The position numbers were made by a program, and so were the translations under genes. A model generated the notes under the pieces. The model made no database searches. It was not told the DNA's origin and saw only the letters and a program-made list of their open reading frames with translations. From NCBI GenBank assembly GCA_012295275.1, contig CM022667.1, positions 7,502,001 through 7,566,000 of the forward strand: a DNA stretch of 64,000 nucleotides, in the 5' to 3' direction. How positions within the stretch are numbered: position 1 is the first letter of the stretch; every line of letters starts with the position of its first letter. Shown here in pieces: positions 43,011 to 57,395 of this stretch. Source of the stretch: Chrysomallon squamiferum (taxonomy: Eukaryota > Animalia > Mollusca).

Positions 43011-45148
43011 GTCATGCACATTTACTTCATCTCATTCAAATCACATCTGTACTTCTGTTTTTTTCCACACTGAATTCTAAGACCACCTGTCTATTGCTGA
43101 GTGTCTCACAGGAGAGCTGAGTTACACGATTCTTATCAAAGTCTATTTACTGTTGATCTAAACAATATTTATACTCCTGTCCACAGAGACATGACATTTT
43201 CCTGACACTTAGTTAATCTTTGATTTCATTCAGGTTTCCTCCAGGTCATTGGTTTCTGTCTAACACTACACACTTGTTTTTTTTAACACCATTTGGATGC
43301 CATGCTGGATTCAACTGTGGTCTGAAAATCAACATGTACATACCAGTGATCATGCAAAAAAGAAAAACAAACCCTTCAGGCTGAATGTCTCTTATTGGTC
43401 CATTTTAACTTGTCGCTGTTCAAATTTAACAGTCATCATGTAAATGTCTGTTATTTGTTATCTTGTACTTTATCCATTTCTGAATTTGCTATCTGTTATT
43501 TTATCAAATGTATGATAATTTGCCTGATACATGATATTTTTCTAATGTATGATAATTTGTCTAATGTCTGGTTTTTGTTTAATGCATGATAATATGTATA
43601 ATGTCTAATATTTTATATATGATAATTTGTCTCATACAAATAGTTTGTCTAATGTCCAATGCTTTGTTTAAAATGATTTAAATGATTTTAAAACTTTCTG
43701 TTTTTTAAAATACTTACTCAGAATATGTGAAAAAATATAAATCATCATTATGAGATGTTTCTGTCATCAAAATAAAAGAATATGTTAACTGACATTAAAA
43801 TAAATGTGAAAATTCTGTATTAGACATGATAAAATGTGAAGTATTCTAAGCACAGCTCACAAACTGACATACACATTTACACTCAAGGCTACTAATTTGT
43901 TTGTGTCACTTCCATTAGTCAGTTGCTTCTGGTGATGTTATTCGAACCCAGGATCTCTGGAAGCTTTTAGACAAAGATGACAGAATTTCACTTCACATAG
44001 CTTCAAGTATGGAAAAGGATCATACGAATATACGAAACAATATTAACATGATGTTGTGAATTGTTGATGTTGATAATTAAATATTTGTTTGACAGTCACT
44101 TTGTGGATGATGGCAGTACTGACAATGTTGTAGTAGTATAAGATATTGTCATCTCTTAATTTGCATATTTCATTAAAGTGAAACACTGCTGTTGTTGATG
44201 TAAGTTTAGAAATAATAATAAAGAAATAAATGAAAAAAAAAAAAAATAAATAAAAATAGTTTTAATTATTTATTATTATTTTTTAATTCCAATAAAACCA
44301 ATACAAATGAAGACAGACATTATTACAGTCTTAAATGAATTAAAGCTTGTTTTTTAAAGATGAACATCTTCACACTTAAAATCTGTGACATACACTTATT
44401 ATTACATACAAGGTTGATTAATTCTGTTTAAAAAGTTATTTCTAGATTAAAGTATGTTAATACTGATACTATTACAACTGCTATCACAATATTATTATTA
44501 CCACCACTACTGTAATACTACTACTACTACCATTACCATTACCATTATAATACTATTACATCAACAACTAAAATACTACTCCTGCTGTATTAGTATTCTT
44601 CTTGTTATTACCATGTAATCCAATCATTAACATCAGCATTACCACTGCTTCTGTAATAACTACTACTATTACTCCATTATTCCTTGTTGTTATTTTGTTT
44701 ATTGTTGTGGGTTTTTCTTTCTTTTTTCCTTTTTTTTTTCATTTGTTTACACTTAATTCTTTTGTATGTAAGTGTGTGTTTTTTAATACCATTTTAATGT
44801 GCATATCCATTTCTACAAATAACTGTAATTAAATTAATCCAAAAAGTAAATACATTACTGCTAAAAACTAAAATTAAACATTTCCTAACAGGAAATAAAA
44901 ACAGCGTAACTAGACACGGCTGTGGTAAAGAAATAAACACAGGAAGAAACAATTACTGATAATCTTCATTCAGATTTAATAATCATACATAATTATCATT
45001 CAGACTAGATGATTATTATCATTCATCTGCTGCCTAGCATGGTCTATAATTTGTCAGATATTTCCATACTGTATTAAAAAACATGACTTTAATCTGTGTG
45101 GATATTTGTACACGGAACTATTGATAGTTTTTATATAATGTTCTTTAT

Positions 45149-45471
45149 TTCACAAAACACAAAGTAACATGTTTTAACACTTCACAAAACACAAAGTAAC
45201 ATGTTTTAATACTTCACAAAACACAAAGTAACATGTTATAATACTTCACAAAACATAAAGTAATGTTTTAGTAACTCGCAAAACATTAAAAAAAAACGTA
45301 TTTTAATACTTCACAAAACACAAAGTAACGTTTTAACACTTCACAAAACACAAAGTAACTTGTTTTAACACTTCACAAAACACAAAGTAACTTGTTTTAA
45401 CACTTCACAAAACACAAAGTAACATGTTTTAATACTTCACAAAACACAAAGTAACATGTTTCAACACTTCA
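45149..45471. repeat. Minisatellite, 32 bp unit
   Basis: CTTCACAAAACACAAAGTAACATGTTTTAA(C/T)A, about 10 copies. Confidence 0.95.
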
Positions 45472-46482
45472 CTGAGAAGTAGTTTTACAAGCGAAATTTT
45501 AATATAAAACTGAAAATTGTGTAATGAAGTCTTAATTCAACTAATGTGCAAAAAATTATATTGTTATGTTTATTACTGTAACTATTATTATTATTATTAT
45601 TATTATTATTATCATCAGTTTTAACAATGTTTGTTATTAACACATCTGTGATATACAGCAATGTCCATGCATAAGTGTGTGTGTTTGTACATGTGCTTGA
45701 GTCTGTATGTGTGTCAATATAAGCATGTGTATATATATATTTTTAATTTTAAAATTTATATTAGGTAGGACAGTACTCTATAAGAAATATATCTAAGATT
45801 ATGGTATGTACTTGTCACTCAGATGATACACAATAAATGATTTAGAATAACAAATGTTTTAAAATTTAATATCTGATGATAACAAAATAACCAGATGTTT
45901 TGAAACAAATTCCTAATTTTTACATTTAAATAATAATAATAATAATAATAATATATATAATAATAATTATTAATTATATATATAATTATTATTATTATTA
46001 TTATTATTATTAAAATTTTTATTTAATTTCCTCCAAGAATATAACTAATATATAAACAAGTAAATTCCTGTTTGATACACCTGACAAGGCAAGATGAAAG
46101 GTGAATACATTTGAAAACAAATTGGTTTCAACACCTTATAAAACAGAACAATACAATGTGTCAGTTTAAGAAGCTTAGCAGATTAGTTTGAAAATATTTT
46201 CATTTGGAATAAAACACAGCTAAAAACACAGCTAAAAACTCAACAGTCACTCGAGTGTTTACCTCACTCTTCTGTCAGTTTATTTTATTTACATTACTTT
46301 AAGGGTAAGTTACTACCTTCAGCAGCAACAACAACTACAACAACTACTACTACTACTATACTACTATTACTACTGTCACTACTCCTCCACCTACTATTAC
46401 TACAATTACTTCTATTAGTACAACTACTACTTCTATAATTGCTACTGCTTCATCTACTCTACTAACATTTTACGTTTTACAG

Positions 46483-46529
46483 GTGGAGTGGATACTGTTA
46501 AATATATTTCACACGTGATTAACTAAAGG
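46483..46529 (+). other. Candidate 47-nt non-coding exon
   Basis: TACTAAC branch point 46460-46466, TTTTACGTTTTACAG acceptor ending 46482, donor AGG|GTGAGT at 46530. Confidence 0.4.
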
Positions 46530-47607
46530 GTGAGTACAACTGATTTTGTTATTTAAACTGTTATTTAAGCTGATATTGATATTTGTGAAATGATCAGCAC
46601 ATGTTAGTAAGTAAAATAGTTCTTACAATATATAAATGATTTAAATTAAAAACAAACTCTCACATTCTCTTGTTTTCACATTTTTTAAAACAGATAACAT
46701 CCATCTATCTAGGGAATAACTTATTACTGTCTTAAAATGTCTGTTTTATACTGAGAAGGTTTCAACCTGAACAGATATCTGAAGACAGTAAACAGTTATC
46801 TCTTTTATTAAAAAAAACAAAACAAAAAAAAAACTGTTTTGTTTCTTATCTCACCAGTCTTGAGAGGAACAGATTCAAACTATACATCAAAATAAAACTG
46901 TTCATAAAAAATGATTTGTTATTCTTTAAAACAAACCTGCTTTCACAATGGTCTTTTAAGATGTAAACTAGCAATGTAACACTAAACAATTAACTTTTTT
47001 TTATTTATATATATATATATAAACATACACACACATTACACACATGTACAATATAAGTATTTTGTCAAAGAAAAATAATTCCATCCCCCATAATATTTTT
47101 TGATAGTGACTGTAATTATACAAATGTATTTAGTCATCATACTGTCAGTGATTATTGGAAACACACACACAAACATAAGTTAATCATTAATAAATTTATA
47201 AAAATAAAGTCATATACTATTATTTATTAAATGTTGTAAAATATTGTTGTTTAACAAACAAATTTATTTTATTTTATTATTAATGAGGGTAGATGTGTAC
47301 TTTAATTTAGTAGTTCAACTTAAATAAGCTTTGACATGATTTCTACAAGATTCTTGATGGATGTCATTCAGCTATTTAATTTCTGTATCAGATGGAATAT
47401 AAACTGCCCAGTAATTGATGAGAGGCTTTCTCTGGACACTGTCCACTAATTACTGACACATCTTTTCTGGACATCATCTGACAAGTGACTAGATATTTCA
47501 GTACGTCAGAAATAGTCCAATTTGAAACTGATCAATTCTGTTCTGGAAGGATCACATGTGAACTGGGAATTGTAATACATAAATTGAAAATATTAACAAC
47601 TCTGATT

Positions 47608-47611
<4 letters not shown>

Positions 47612-47663
<52 letters not shown>
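47612..47663. repeat. (GA)n microsatellite
   Basis: Pure GA run. Confidence 0.97.
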
Positions 47664-47666
<3 letters not shown>

Positions 47667-48640
47667 AAATGGATTCATAATGAACAAAATGTGAATATAT
47701 TCATATATTTCATATCCATATTCCAGTGATTAAACAACAGTGTACAACATTTATTGTTTGAATCACTCAAGTGAAAACACACACTCAGTAATAACTACAT
47801 TTAAACATCTACGTACTCAAACACATCCCAATTAATGTGGAAATTAGAGCACTGAGAAACCTTTCTATGTAAACAGAAAATTTATTACATATGTTTTATT
47901 AAAACTCAGTTTGTTGTGTTTCTGTTAATAGTAATTTTATCATGACTCTCAGTACATCAGTCGTCTAAACAAACACCATTTTACATACCTCATTGGTTAA
48001 CAACATTATAATAACAATAACGATGATAATAATAATAATTAACAAATAACAATGTAATAATAATAATAATAGAAATTATTTTTTTTTGTAAATTATGAAA
48101 GATGAACATTTAAATACTGACAGGTAAAGATATTTACCTGTATGTTGTACAATATACATTCCTATGTAAAACGTAATTTTAGCTTGAATAATTTCAAGTA
48201 TGGACAAAAGACACACACACACACACATGCATGCAAAAGTGTCACAGAAATGCACATACACACATAAACACACACAACTAAATGTACAAGTACAAACTTA
48301 AATGGAAAAGAAAAAGCTTTCATGTAGATGTGTCATTCTGCTGTCTGTCTGTCTGTCTGTCTGAATTAGAATGTCTTTACAAACACGTTTCTTGCATGTT
48401 TCATGCTGGTCGGTACAGCAACATGATTAAAAGAAAAGATTAACATTTGATAATGTGTGATATTAATAAACACCTTTTACACTTTTAATTTCCAGGATGT
48501 GTTACCAAGGTGATTTCAGATTTGATACAGAACTGTCTAGACAGATGTGTAAACTGTGAATCAGTCTTAATCAGTCTGTCTCTCTTTCTTAATCAGTCTG
48601 TCTCTCTTTCTTTCTCCCTCTTTCTCTCTGTCTGTCTGTT

Positions 48641-48644
<4 letters not shown>

Positions 48645-48736
<92 letters not shown>
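48645..48736. repeat. (CT)n(AT)n compound microsatellite
   Basis: Direct reading. Confidence 0.97.
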
Positions 48737-48739
<3 letters not shown>

Positions 48740-49424
48740 AATAAAATAGATATTCAAACATCCACATATACCAGTAATACAAGAAAACACATTAGCATTA
48801 ATATAAACAGATACAATGATTAAACTGAAGAAAATTTTAGAAGATTTATTAATAAACAATAACTTGTCTAGGTGCTGTAGGGGAGAACTTTTTTTTCACT
48901 TTTTTACAACAATCCCGTCTTATAAATGTTTTCTGCTATTTAATCCACTGCTTCTACAAACAAATCCAAGTAACAAAAATTCCATTAGGAAAACATTTCA
49001 GTGTCATTTTCTGTGAGAAATCCAAACTGACAGTCATGAAAACATGCCCTTGACTATGAATATATAAAATCATGAGTTTTAATAGAACAGTGTGAAATAT
49101 TCTTAGAAACTGAAAGATGTCAAAAGATTATTAAAGTAAAAAAACTTCATGTCATATTTTAAACATTTTATTTTCTCTTTTCATCTTTTTTCCTTCTTAT
49201 TGTTAATATTATCTTTTACATTATCATAATAATAAAATATTTGGTGTCTTCATAACAGTTTACAAATGAATGATTTTTTACAAATTTGAGTGGTTATAAA
49301 ATGGAGGTGTGAGAAAGGAAAACTGACATTTCTTAGGCTACTCATACACCTCTTCACACAGACATGAATTCAAAATAAATAAATAAATAAAATATTTTTT
49401 TTAATTTTTTGTTTTTTAAAAGAA

Positions 49425-49525
49425 AATGGAACTGGTTGTAATGTGAAATAAACACAAGGTCTGCTCTTACAAGGACAGATCCTGTGATATGCTGTACCTC
49501 AGTCCAATGTTACATCAAGACTTAA
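49425..49525 (-). mobile_element. Decayed SINE fragment (head and start of core)
   Basis: Reverse complement reads TTATTTCACATTACAACCAGTTCCAT, similar to the motif at 51184, 52813 (rc) and 13372. Confidence 0.35.
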
Positions 49526-49956
49526 AACAGATGCAAACTGAAATAAATATTTTTAACAGCACTAGGGTGTTCTGAAGCAATAATTCATTTCCAATATTTT
49601 ATATTTTTATTATTAGTTCCTTTCTTGAAGACAAAGTGATATCATAGCAGCTTTTAAATAAATCATCAAAAGATGAAAATTTATTATGAGGTCTGTGGCA
49701 GGATTAAATACTTCTATGTTTTTTTTTCAATTACTTTTATCTTATCTTACATTGTTTATTTCCTTGAACACTGGGAAGATAAATAAATAAAAGAGACTTG
49801 ACTAAATTCATTTGAAACCTGTCAGCAGCTTGGCTTGTGATTTACAAGAAGTTAATTTCACCATCGCTGTTTGCTTTTTAGATGCCATGTTTATCACACA
49901 AACATGAATATTACCTAGAAACTCATAGATCCCTCCAGTTTGCTTAAAATGAGCTC

Positions 49957-50075
49957 AAGATATTTATAAAATAAATTTTTGATACTGAAAAAGGTTAAAG
50001 AGATAAAGAGAAAAAGATATTTATAAAATAAATGTTTGATACTGAAAAAGGTTAAAGAGATAAAGAGAAAAAGAT
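49957..50075. repeat. 57 bp tandem duplication
   Basis: AAGATATTTATAAAATAAAT(T/G)TTTGATACTGAAAAAGGTTAAAGAGATAAAGAGAAA twice. Confidence 0.95.
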
Positions 50076-50537
50076 GAGGTGAATAAAAAGAAGAAAGAAA
50101 AAACTAATCAAATAATAAAAAAAAAATTGGATCTGCTGTAAATGTTTGAAGTCTGTTGTCTGTTCATAGAAATATTTAGTTGTTAGTACTTTTTATCCTT
50201 TTGTTACTTTTCATGTTATTTAACAATAACAATCATTTTAATTGAAAAACAACAATAATTTAATAATAAAAATAACATTATCATCATGAAGATAATGTAA
50301 TAATAATAATAATATAACAAAATATTTTATTCTGATCTGACATTTCATCACATACACACACACATGCACATACGCACACACACACAGACATATGTTAAAT
50401 CAGTCAATCTTTAGACATTCATTGACTGCAAGTTTCTCAACATAAACAATATTATTAATTTATGTAATTTATTTCAAAGAAAATAATTAACAAAGACATT
50501 TTACAGAAATAAATCCACTAAAGAAAAGTCTGGACTA

Positions 50538-50823
50538 CAAATTATAGAATTATGACTGTATTTCTCATTAACAAAACAGCATTACATTTTTATCTATTTT
50601 CTTACAAATTATAGAATCTATGTTAGAATTATGACTGCATTTCTTATTAACAAAACGTACTAATAAATTACTGTATTTTTATAAACTTAATCTTAGAATG
50701 ATTCTGTTTCTTGTCAGCAAACTGCATTATCAGTTATTAACTTTCTTACACATTGCATGAAACCCTTATATATGTGTTTTCCTTTGAGCTGATATTAAAT
50801 ATGAACTATATATTGATCTTATT
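50538..50823 (+). repeat. ~290 bp diverged direct repeat, copy 1 (copy 2 at 53365-53684)
   Basis: Shared blocks include CTATTTTCTTACAAATTATAGAATCTATGTTAGAATTA and TGTGTTTTCCTTTGAGCTGATATTAAATATGAACT. Confidence 0.92.
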
Positions 50824-51130
50824 AACATTTAAAAAATTACTTTGATTAATTTTGTCATTAGTTGTTAGAAACACATTATTGTAACTGTCAGTGCTTATCA
50901 AGGAAACTATTAACACACTAGCTGTATCAATAATTTGTTAATGTGCTGTCACCTTTATTAAATCTGTTGTAAATTTTATTTTTACTTTTATAATTTTATT
51001 TCATTTTTTATTTTTTTCACCAGGAACGATGATCAATAAAAGAAAGGCAATTTATTTTTTAAAAATCTTTATTTGGTAATTTTTATTGAAAGCTGCGCTG
51101 TGAATGATGTCCTGTTATTGACAAATACAA

Positions 51131-51295
51131 TGTGGGAGTGGTGGCCTCAGGTTTGATCAATACTCGACAGGGCACCTATTGTGTTATTTCCTGTTCTAAC
51201 CACTACTCTCACAACTGATTTATTAGATATTGTGTCTCTGTCTAGATATAGATGTACAACTGCTTATCAATATAAATCAATGAAAAGAGTAACTC
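51131..51295 (+). mobile_element. Decayed tRNA-derived SINE (Meta/MESC-like core)
   Basis: B-box-like GGTTTGATC, then TTATTTCCTGTTCTAACCACTACTCTCACAACTG and later GAAAAGAGTAAC; core motif recurs elsewhere in the window; family assignment from memory. Confidence 0.45.
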
Positions 51296-51790
51296 TCTTT
51301 TCAGTTATTTTTTCTTTTTAACCCTTATTTTATTTTATTTTATTTTATTTTATTTATTTATTATTATTATTGTTTTTTACTTATTCATTTATTTTATTTT
51401 TATTTTTTTGTTTGGAGATAAAAAGAACATACAGGAAAAACAAACATTTGACATTTAATAATAAAAATAAGTTACAGTTTTTAATAAACATTAATTTAAT
51501 AACAATACAACAGAGGTAATTTTACCAAGTTAAATGTTTTATATTTGATAAACTGATATTGAAATGTAGGTAACAAAACCTATCAGATAAAAAAAAGTCA
51601 GTTAACACAGGATAATCTTTATTAAGTTGTGTGTCTCTCAGATCTCAGAGAGAAATTTCTACAAACTTCCTCATATTTCATCTGACATTAGAAGTATTAA
51701 AACACCATCAATCACATTTTATGTTCATATTGTAGTGAAACATTGAACCACTTTAAAATACCTCTTGTTTTTTTGTTTTTTTTTAAAAAT

Positions 51791-52065
51791 AAGCCAGTCA
51801 GGTGTTCTTTGCCATTTCTTCAACCAATCACAACTGATTAATCGTAACATCGGCACATTAGTTTTATTTTTCATTACACTAGTTGTATGTATCAAGAGCA
51901 GTCAGCTGGTTTGCTGTTTTTCTCCGACATTTATCATATAAAAATATTAGTCAATCACATTTTGTTTGACATTATATTAAGCCAATCAGATTTCATATAT
52001 TATTACATTAAGGAAAACAAATCTGTTCTTCATTACATCAACCAATGAAATTTCACTTGTCATTA
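51791..52065 (+). repeat. Decayed ~30 bp periodic repeat carrying CCAAT boxes
   Basis: AAGCCAGTCA 51791, CAACCAATCA 51821, TAGTCAATCA 51948, AAGCCAATCA 51979, CAACCAATGA 52039. Confidence 0.55.
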
Positions 52066-52544
52066 ACTTCTGTTAGCAAGCATGATATCAGCATTTATCC
52101 TGCAGTGCCAGAAATACAATTAATGACAGTTTCTGATATCCATCCTCTAATTAGACCATGATGCCTTGCAGCCATGTTGAGAGATTCTACAACACTTCAT
52201 AATGACTAAAATAGCAGCTAAAACCTGCTGACTTGAAACAAGACCTGATCAAGTTATCATGCATGGAAACTTAGTGTTTTACCAGTAGTGTAACACTGTT
52301 TAGACAGTTTTCTGGTTTTAGTTTCACTTTACAATAAAAGAAAAAGTTTTCATATTTATACATAGGTGATGAGAGATGATTTTAAAACTGAAGGTTAAAC
52401 TGTTTTGTCTTGTTTTTTTAGTGAACACTGTGACAGTCATCACTCTCCTCTACCTGTAGTGGTCAGTGTAATGGTCAACTTGGTGTCACCAAGTCACAAC
52501 ACAATCTCTGAAGTATTCAATTATCACTGATTCAGTATGATGGC

Positions 52545-52645
52545 TGATTATCATCTGCTTTTACCAGTGTTGATAATCAATGTTGATAATCAACTACTTC
52601 TACCAGTGTTGATAATCAACTACTTCTATCAGTGTTGATAATCAT
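52545..52645. repeat. ~26 bp tandem repeat
   Basis: ACCAGTGTTGATAATCAACTACTTCT, 3-4 copies. Confidence 0.85.
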
Positions 52646-52812
52646 CAGCTCATATCATTTTTCAATTCAAGAAGAGATTAGTGACACCACAAGAACACTG
52701 AGTAAATTGCTATTATCAGATGTCAGATGCTAAAAGTTTTCATAAGAAACATTTCTTTTCTGTTAGATTTTTCGTATACTTCTTTAATTAGGACACAGTA
52801 TTTGATAAAAGG

Positions 52813-52896
52813 CATGGAGCCCTGGCTAGAACAGGAAAGAGAACTCAAAGAAGACTGAACCTGTCATCTCTGTTATCTCTTGCTATACACTGAAAC
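52813..52896 (-). mobile_element. Decayed SINE head fragment
   Basis: Reverse complement has A-box-like GTTTCAGTGTA, B-box-like CAGGTTCAGTC, then TTTCCTGTTCTAGCCAGGGCTCCATG matching 51187. Confidence 0.4.
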
Positions 52897-53364
52897 AAGC
52901 AATTTGAGACTGACTCTAATGTCATTACTATCATTAACAGACAAAAACTGTCAATGTTTAGTTACAAGAAGTTTTCTTCTGAAGCTCTCACACTGACAAT
53001 TTCCACACAAAGAAAGTCTACATACATTTACTAAGTTTAGTTTTCAATCTGGCTGTGACAAATCAGAAACATGAATGCATTTTTTGTTCTCCCGTCTTAA
53101 CTCTAAATACTGTGGTTCAGAATATTCATATGAACTTGTTAGTGGTAGTAGTAGCTGTCAATACAGTGCTCAGGCTGCCATCACACTGAGATAGCACTGA
53201 GAACAATCTACAACATCAGCTAATGTAATCAGATAACAGATTTTATATAAATATACAGTAGAAAGATAAGAAAATACCATTTGAACATTAACAAATTGGT
53301 ATATTCAGTTACAGATTATTTTCATCTTTCAGAACCATGGCTGAATTTCGCATCAACAAAATAA

Positions 53365-53684
53365 AGCACTACATTATTATCTATTTTCTTTCAAATTATA
53401 GAAACTAAGTTAGAATCAAGATTGAATTTCTCATTAACAAAACAGTATTACATTATTGTCTATTTTCTTACAAATTATAGAATCTATGTTAGAATTAGGA
53501 CTGTATACAAGTTTTATAAACTTGATCTTAGAATGATGATTCTGCTTCTTGTTAGCAAACTGCATTGATCAGTTATTAACTTTCTTACACATTACATGAA
53601 ACTCGGTCTTATAATCTGTGTTTTCCTTTGAGCTGATATTAAATATGAACTGTTTGTGAAAAGCTGATTTATATTGATCATATT
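53365..53684 (+). repeat. ~300 bp diverged direct repeat, copy 2
   Basis: Aligns by eye to 50538-50823 with substitutions and indels. Confidence 0.92.
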
Positions 53685-56407
53685 CTATAGATCTGTGAGT
53701 GGTTAAAGAAATGAGATAAACAAACGTGTGATTCTGTAAGAAATGCAGCTCTTCGTTTGATGTCAGTGATTTCATTTTTTATCATGATTATCAACTGAAC
53801 ATTGCAGTGAAGAGAAATATTGCCTTATTGATGTTGTCACCTGACTTCAGTAAATCTGTTCAGTAGTAGTTTTGAACACCCTGGCTTCTTTACACACAAG
53901 TCAGTTAATTAAGAAAGATAAAGACAGACATCAGCATATTGACAAATATATGTAAAATATTTAACATTCACATCTTTATGTTTCAGTTTCCTGGATTTGT
54001 ATTCCCAAATTTTATTTTTTATTTGCAAAGTAACTCTTTAATGAAAATGTCTGGAATAATCTTGATAAAATATATAAATAACACATTTCTTTTTTTTTAA
54101 ATTAAAAAGAAAAGATAAATGTGTATATATTATGGATATGAATATGTCCTGAATTTATTTCTAAATAAGTAATTTCAGGTTTTTATTCAGTGGATGCAGA
54201 CTAAAGTGGCACCATGTGTTAGTGAGTTACTTTCTCTTAATATCACAGAATAACCTGTTGTTATGTATGTATGTATCTATCTATCTCTATTTGTGTGTGT
54301 GTGTTGCATTGTTAAAGAAAAATTACATGTATATTTAAATATTTATGTGTAACAGTACAAATATTAATAACTTACTATAACAGTTTTATTACAGCTTCAG
54401 TTCATTTTAAAAATCCCACCTAAATGATCACTTCTAGATAGAAGTTCTGATTAAAAAACAGAAAGGAGTTAGATGAAAAACGAACTAAAAACCATAAAAG
54501 AATGAAAAAAAAAAAATAGAAGAAAACAAAAAAAAAAAAGAAAAAAAAAAAAAAACAAATTAAAACAAATTAAAAAAGAAATGAGAACTGAAAGAAACAC
54601 AAATTTACTGTGAAAGGAAATGTGTTTAAATACAACATTTAATGACAGCATCTGTGAGCATTTAGTAAGCAGTTAGTGAGCAGTTAGTGAGTGTTTAGTG
54701 AGCAGGTGAACCTGTCACTGTTGTGATGAATTAAAACAGTGGCAGTGACTGAAATTTCACAATGGAAAACACAGCTGTAACAACAAGTTTTAACTGTTTA
54801 CACAACAACTACACATACTTTGATTTATCACCTGCACACTCAATTCTATATTTTATAAACATTAAACACATCTATCCAATAATCTCTCTCGATTTTATTT
54901 TTTCTATAATTTGTAAAAGATTTTAAAAATACAGATATATATACAGGTATTGAGAATTATTAAACCTGTACATTTAATGATAATTAAAGATTAAACATCA
55001 TACTAAATTATATATCAAATATCCATTAATGCTTTTATTTATGTTTTTTATATTAAAAGAAATTTAAATTACAAATATATGGAAACATTAAGAATTATTT
55101 TAGAATTAATGATTATTATGATTATTAAAAATGATGGACAGATCTGTGTTTCCATTAGTCTTCTTCATGGTTATTACACTTTCTGTCTCATCAAACACTG
55201 AAGTCACAGATACAGCAGTTATTTGCCAATGACTAGTCCATTAAATAAAAGCATTTCTGTTAAAAGCTCTCATCTTTAGAGATTTTAATTTTTTTTGTTC
55301 TCCATTCACTTATCATAAACAAAATTAAAAACTGTTCTCACTAGAGATTTGACTCTATTTTTACTTAAAACAAATTAAAACAGGAGAAGTATTCAAAGTA
55401 CAGATATATTGTAAGTATGTTCACTGACATGAAAACATCATGTCACTGGTCTAGCCTGGAGTGGAATGTTTAATCTGTTAGTTCACTAATATTTAAAACA
55501 GAGGAAAACTGTTTTCAAAGTAATAATAACAATATCAATAACAGTAAGAATAATAATAATCATATCAATTATAATAATAATGACAACAACAATAGTAACA
55601 ATAATAATAATAACAATAACACAACAATAATACAAACAATAATAACTGATTCTGCAACAATTTAATTTTCTACTCAGGAAAATATTTATCACATGACAAT
55701 TTGTTTAAAATAAATTTCTTTTTTTCTTCTGTTAAATGAGAACTATTTTATTTATTTTATTATTATTATTATTATTATTATTTTAGAAAAAATAAAACAA
55801 CAAATAAATATAAAATAAAAAAAAACCTCAGTAAAATAAATGGACATTCTGAAAAGTTGTATTTATTCAACAGATGTCTATAAACATAACACATTCCATT
55901 TTTTGTGTTTAAACATCTCTTTATCATGCTTCTATCAGGAACTTGTTCAAGCATCAATCTCTGAATTTGAGAATTCTGACCTTGCTAGTTATAAACAATA
56001 GTAATCTACCTGGATAAACCAGACACTCACAGTGTTAAAAATAACATTCATGTTAATTTATTAAAACATGAATAAATATAATATAAATATAAATGTGTTT
56101 GGTAATAGCATGACAAATCCTTCAGCAAGTCTGAGTACAAATAACTTTTAAATAATACCAACTTTTTTATAACAAATTTTTAAAAACTGTTATATACTTA
56201 ATAAAAATTATATGATATTGTTGTGTATATGTTTTCACAAACAAATGTGTATTTAGTATTTAGGTTTATTGTAAATCTACATTCTAAATGAATTAAAACC
56301 CAGTTTGGCTTGTTCCAGTTTGTAGTAAAGTGTGTTTATTGTGATACAGCTATACTCTATTATACCATAAATTCAACATTATACTAACCTATATTACACT
56401 AATACAC

Positions 56408-57395
56408 AACACTGATGTATACTGCATTACATTAATGTATACTGTTACACTAATGTATACTGTGTTACACTGATGTATATTGTATTACACTGATGTATAC
56501 TGTGTTACACTGGCGTATACTGCATTACACTGATGTATACCGTATTACACTGATGTATACTGCATTACACTGATGTATACTGTTACACTAATGTATACTG
56601 TGTTACACTGACATATACTGCATTACACTGATGTATACTGTGTTACACTGATGTATACTGCGTTACACTGATGTATACTGTGTTACACTGGCGTATACTG
56701 CGTTACACTGATGTATACCGTATTACACTTATGTATACTGTATTATACTGACGTATACTGTGTTACACTGATGTATACTGTGTTACACTGGCGTATACTG
56801 CATTACACTGACGTATACTGCATTACACTGACGTATACTGCATTACACTGATGTATACTGTGTTACACTGACGTATACTGCATTACACTGACGTATACTG
56901 CATTACACTGGCGTATACTGCATTACACTAACATATACTGAATTACACTGATGTATACTGTGTTACACTGATGTATACTGTATTACACTGATATATACTG
57001 TATTACACTGTATACTGTGTTATGCTGATGTATACTCTATTGCACTGACATATTGTGTTACACTGACATATACTGTATTACACTGTATACTGTGTTATGC
57101 TGATGTATACTGTATTACACTGATGCATGCTGTATTATACTGATGTATACTGTATTACACTGATGTATACTGTATTACACTTATGTATACTGAATTATAC
57201 TGATGTATACTGTATTATACTGATGTATACTGTATTACACTGATGTATACTGTATTACTGATGTATACTGTATTATACTGATGTATACTGAATTACACTG
57301 ATGTATACTGTATTACACTGATGTATACTGTATTACACTTATGTATACTGTATTACACTGATGTATAGTCATTAAACTGATGTATACTGTATTAC
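56408..57395. repeat. Minisatellite, 20 bp unit (ACTGATGTATACTGTATTAC)
   Basis: About 50 copies with variant sub-blocks. Confidence 0.96.

Noticed and set aside
43921-44010. Possible tRNA gene on the minus strand (GGTTCGAAT)
   Set aside because: Only a B-box-like motif; no cloverleaf stems could be built, more likely a SINE head remnant
48480-51080. Additional acceptor-like sites at 48494 and 51023
   Set aside because: No strong donor at a plausible distance; such pyrimidine-AG matches are frequent in T-rich DNA
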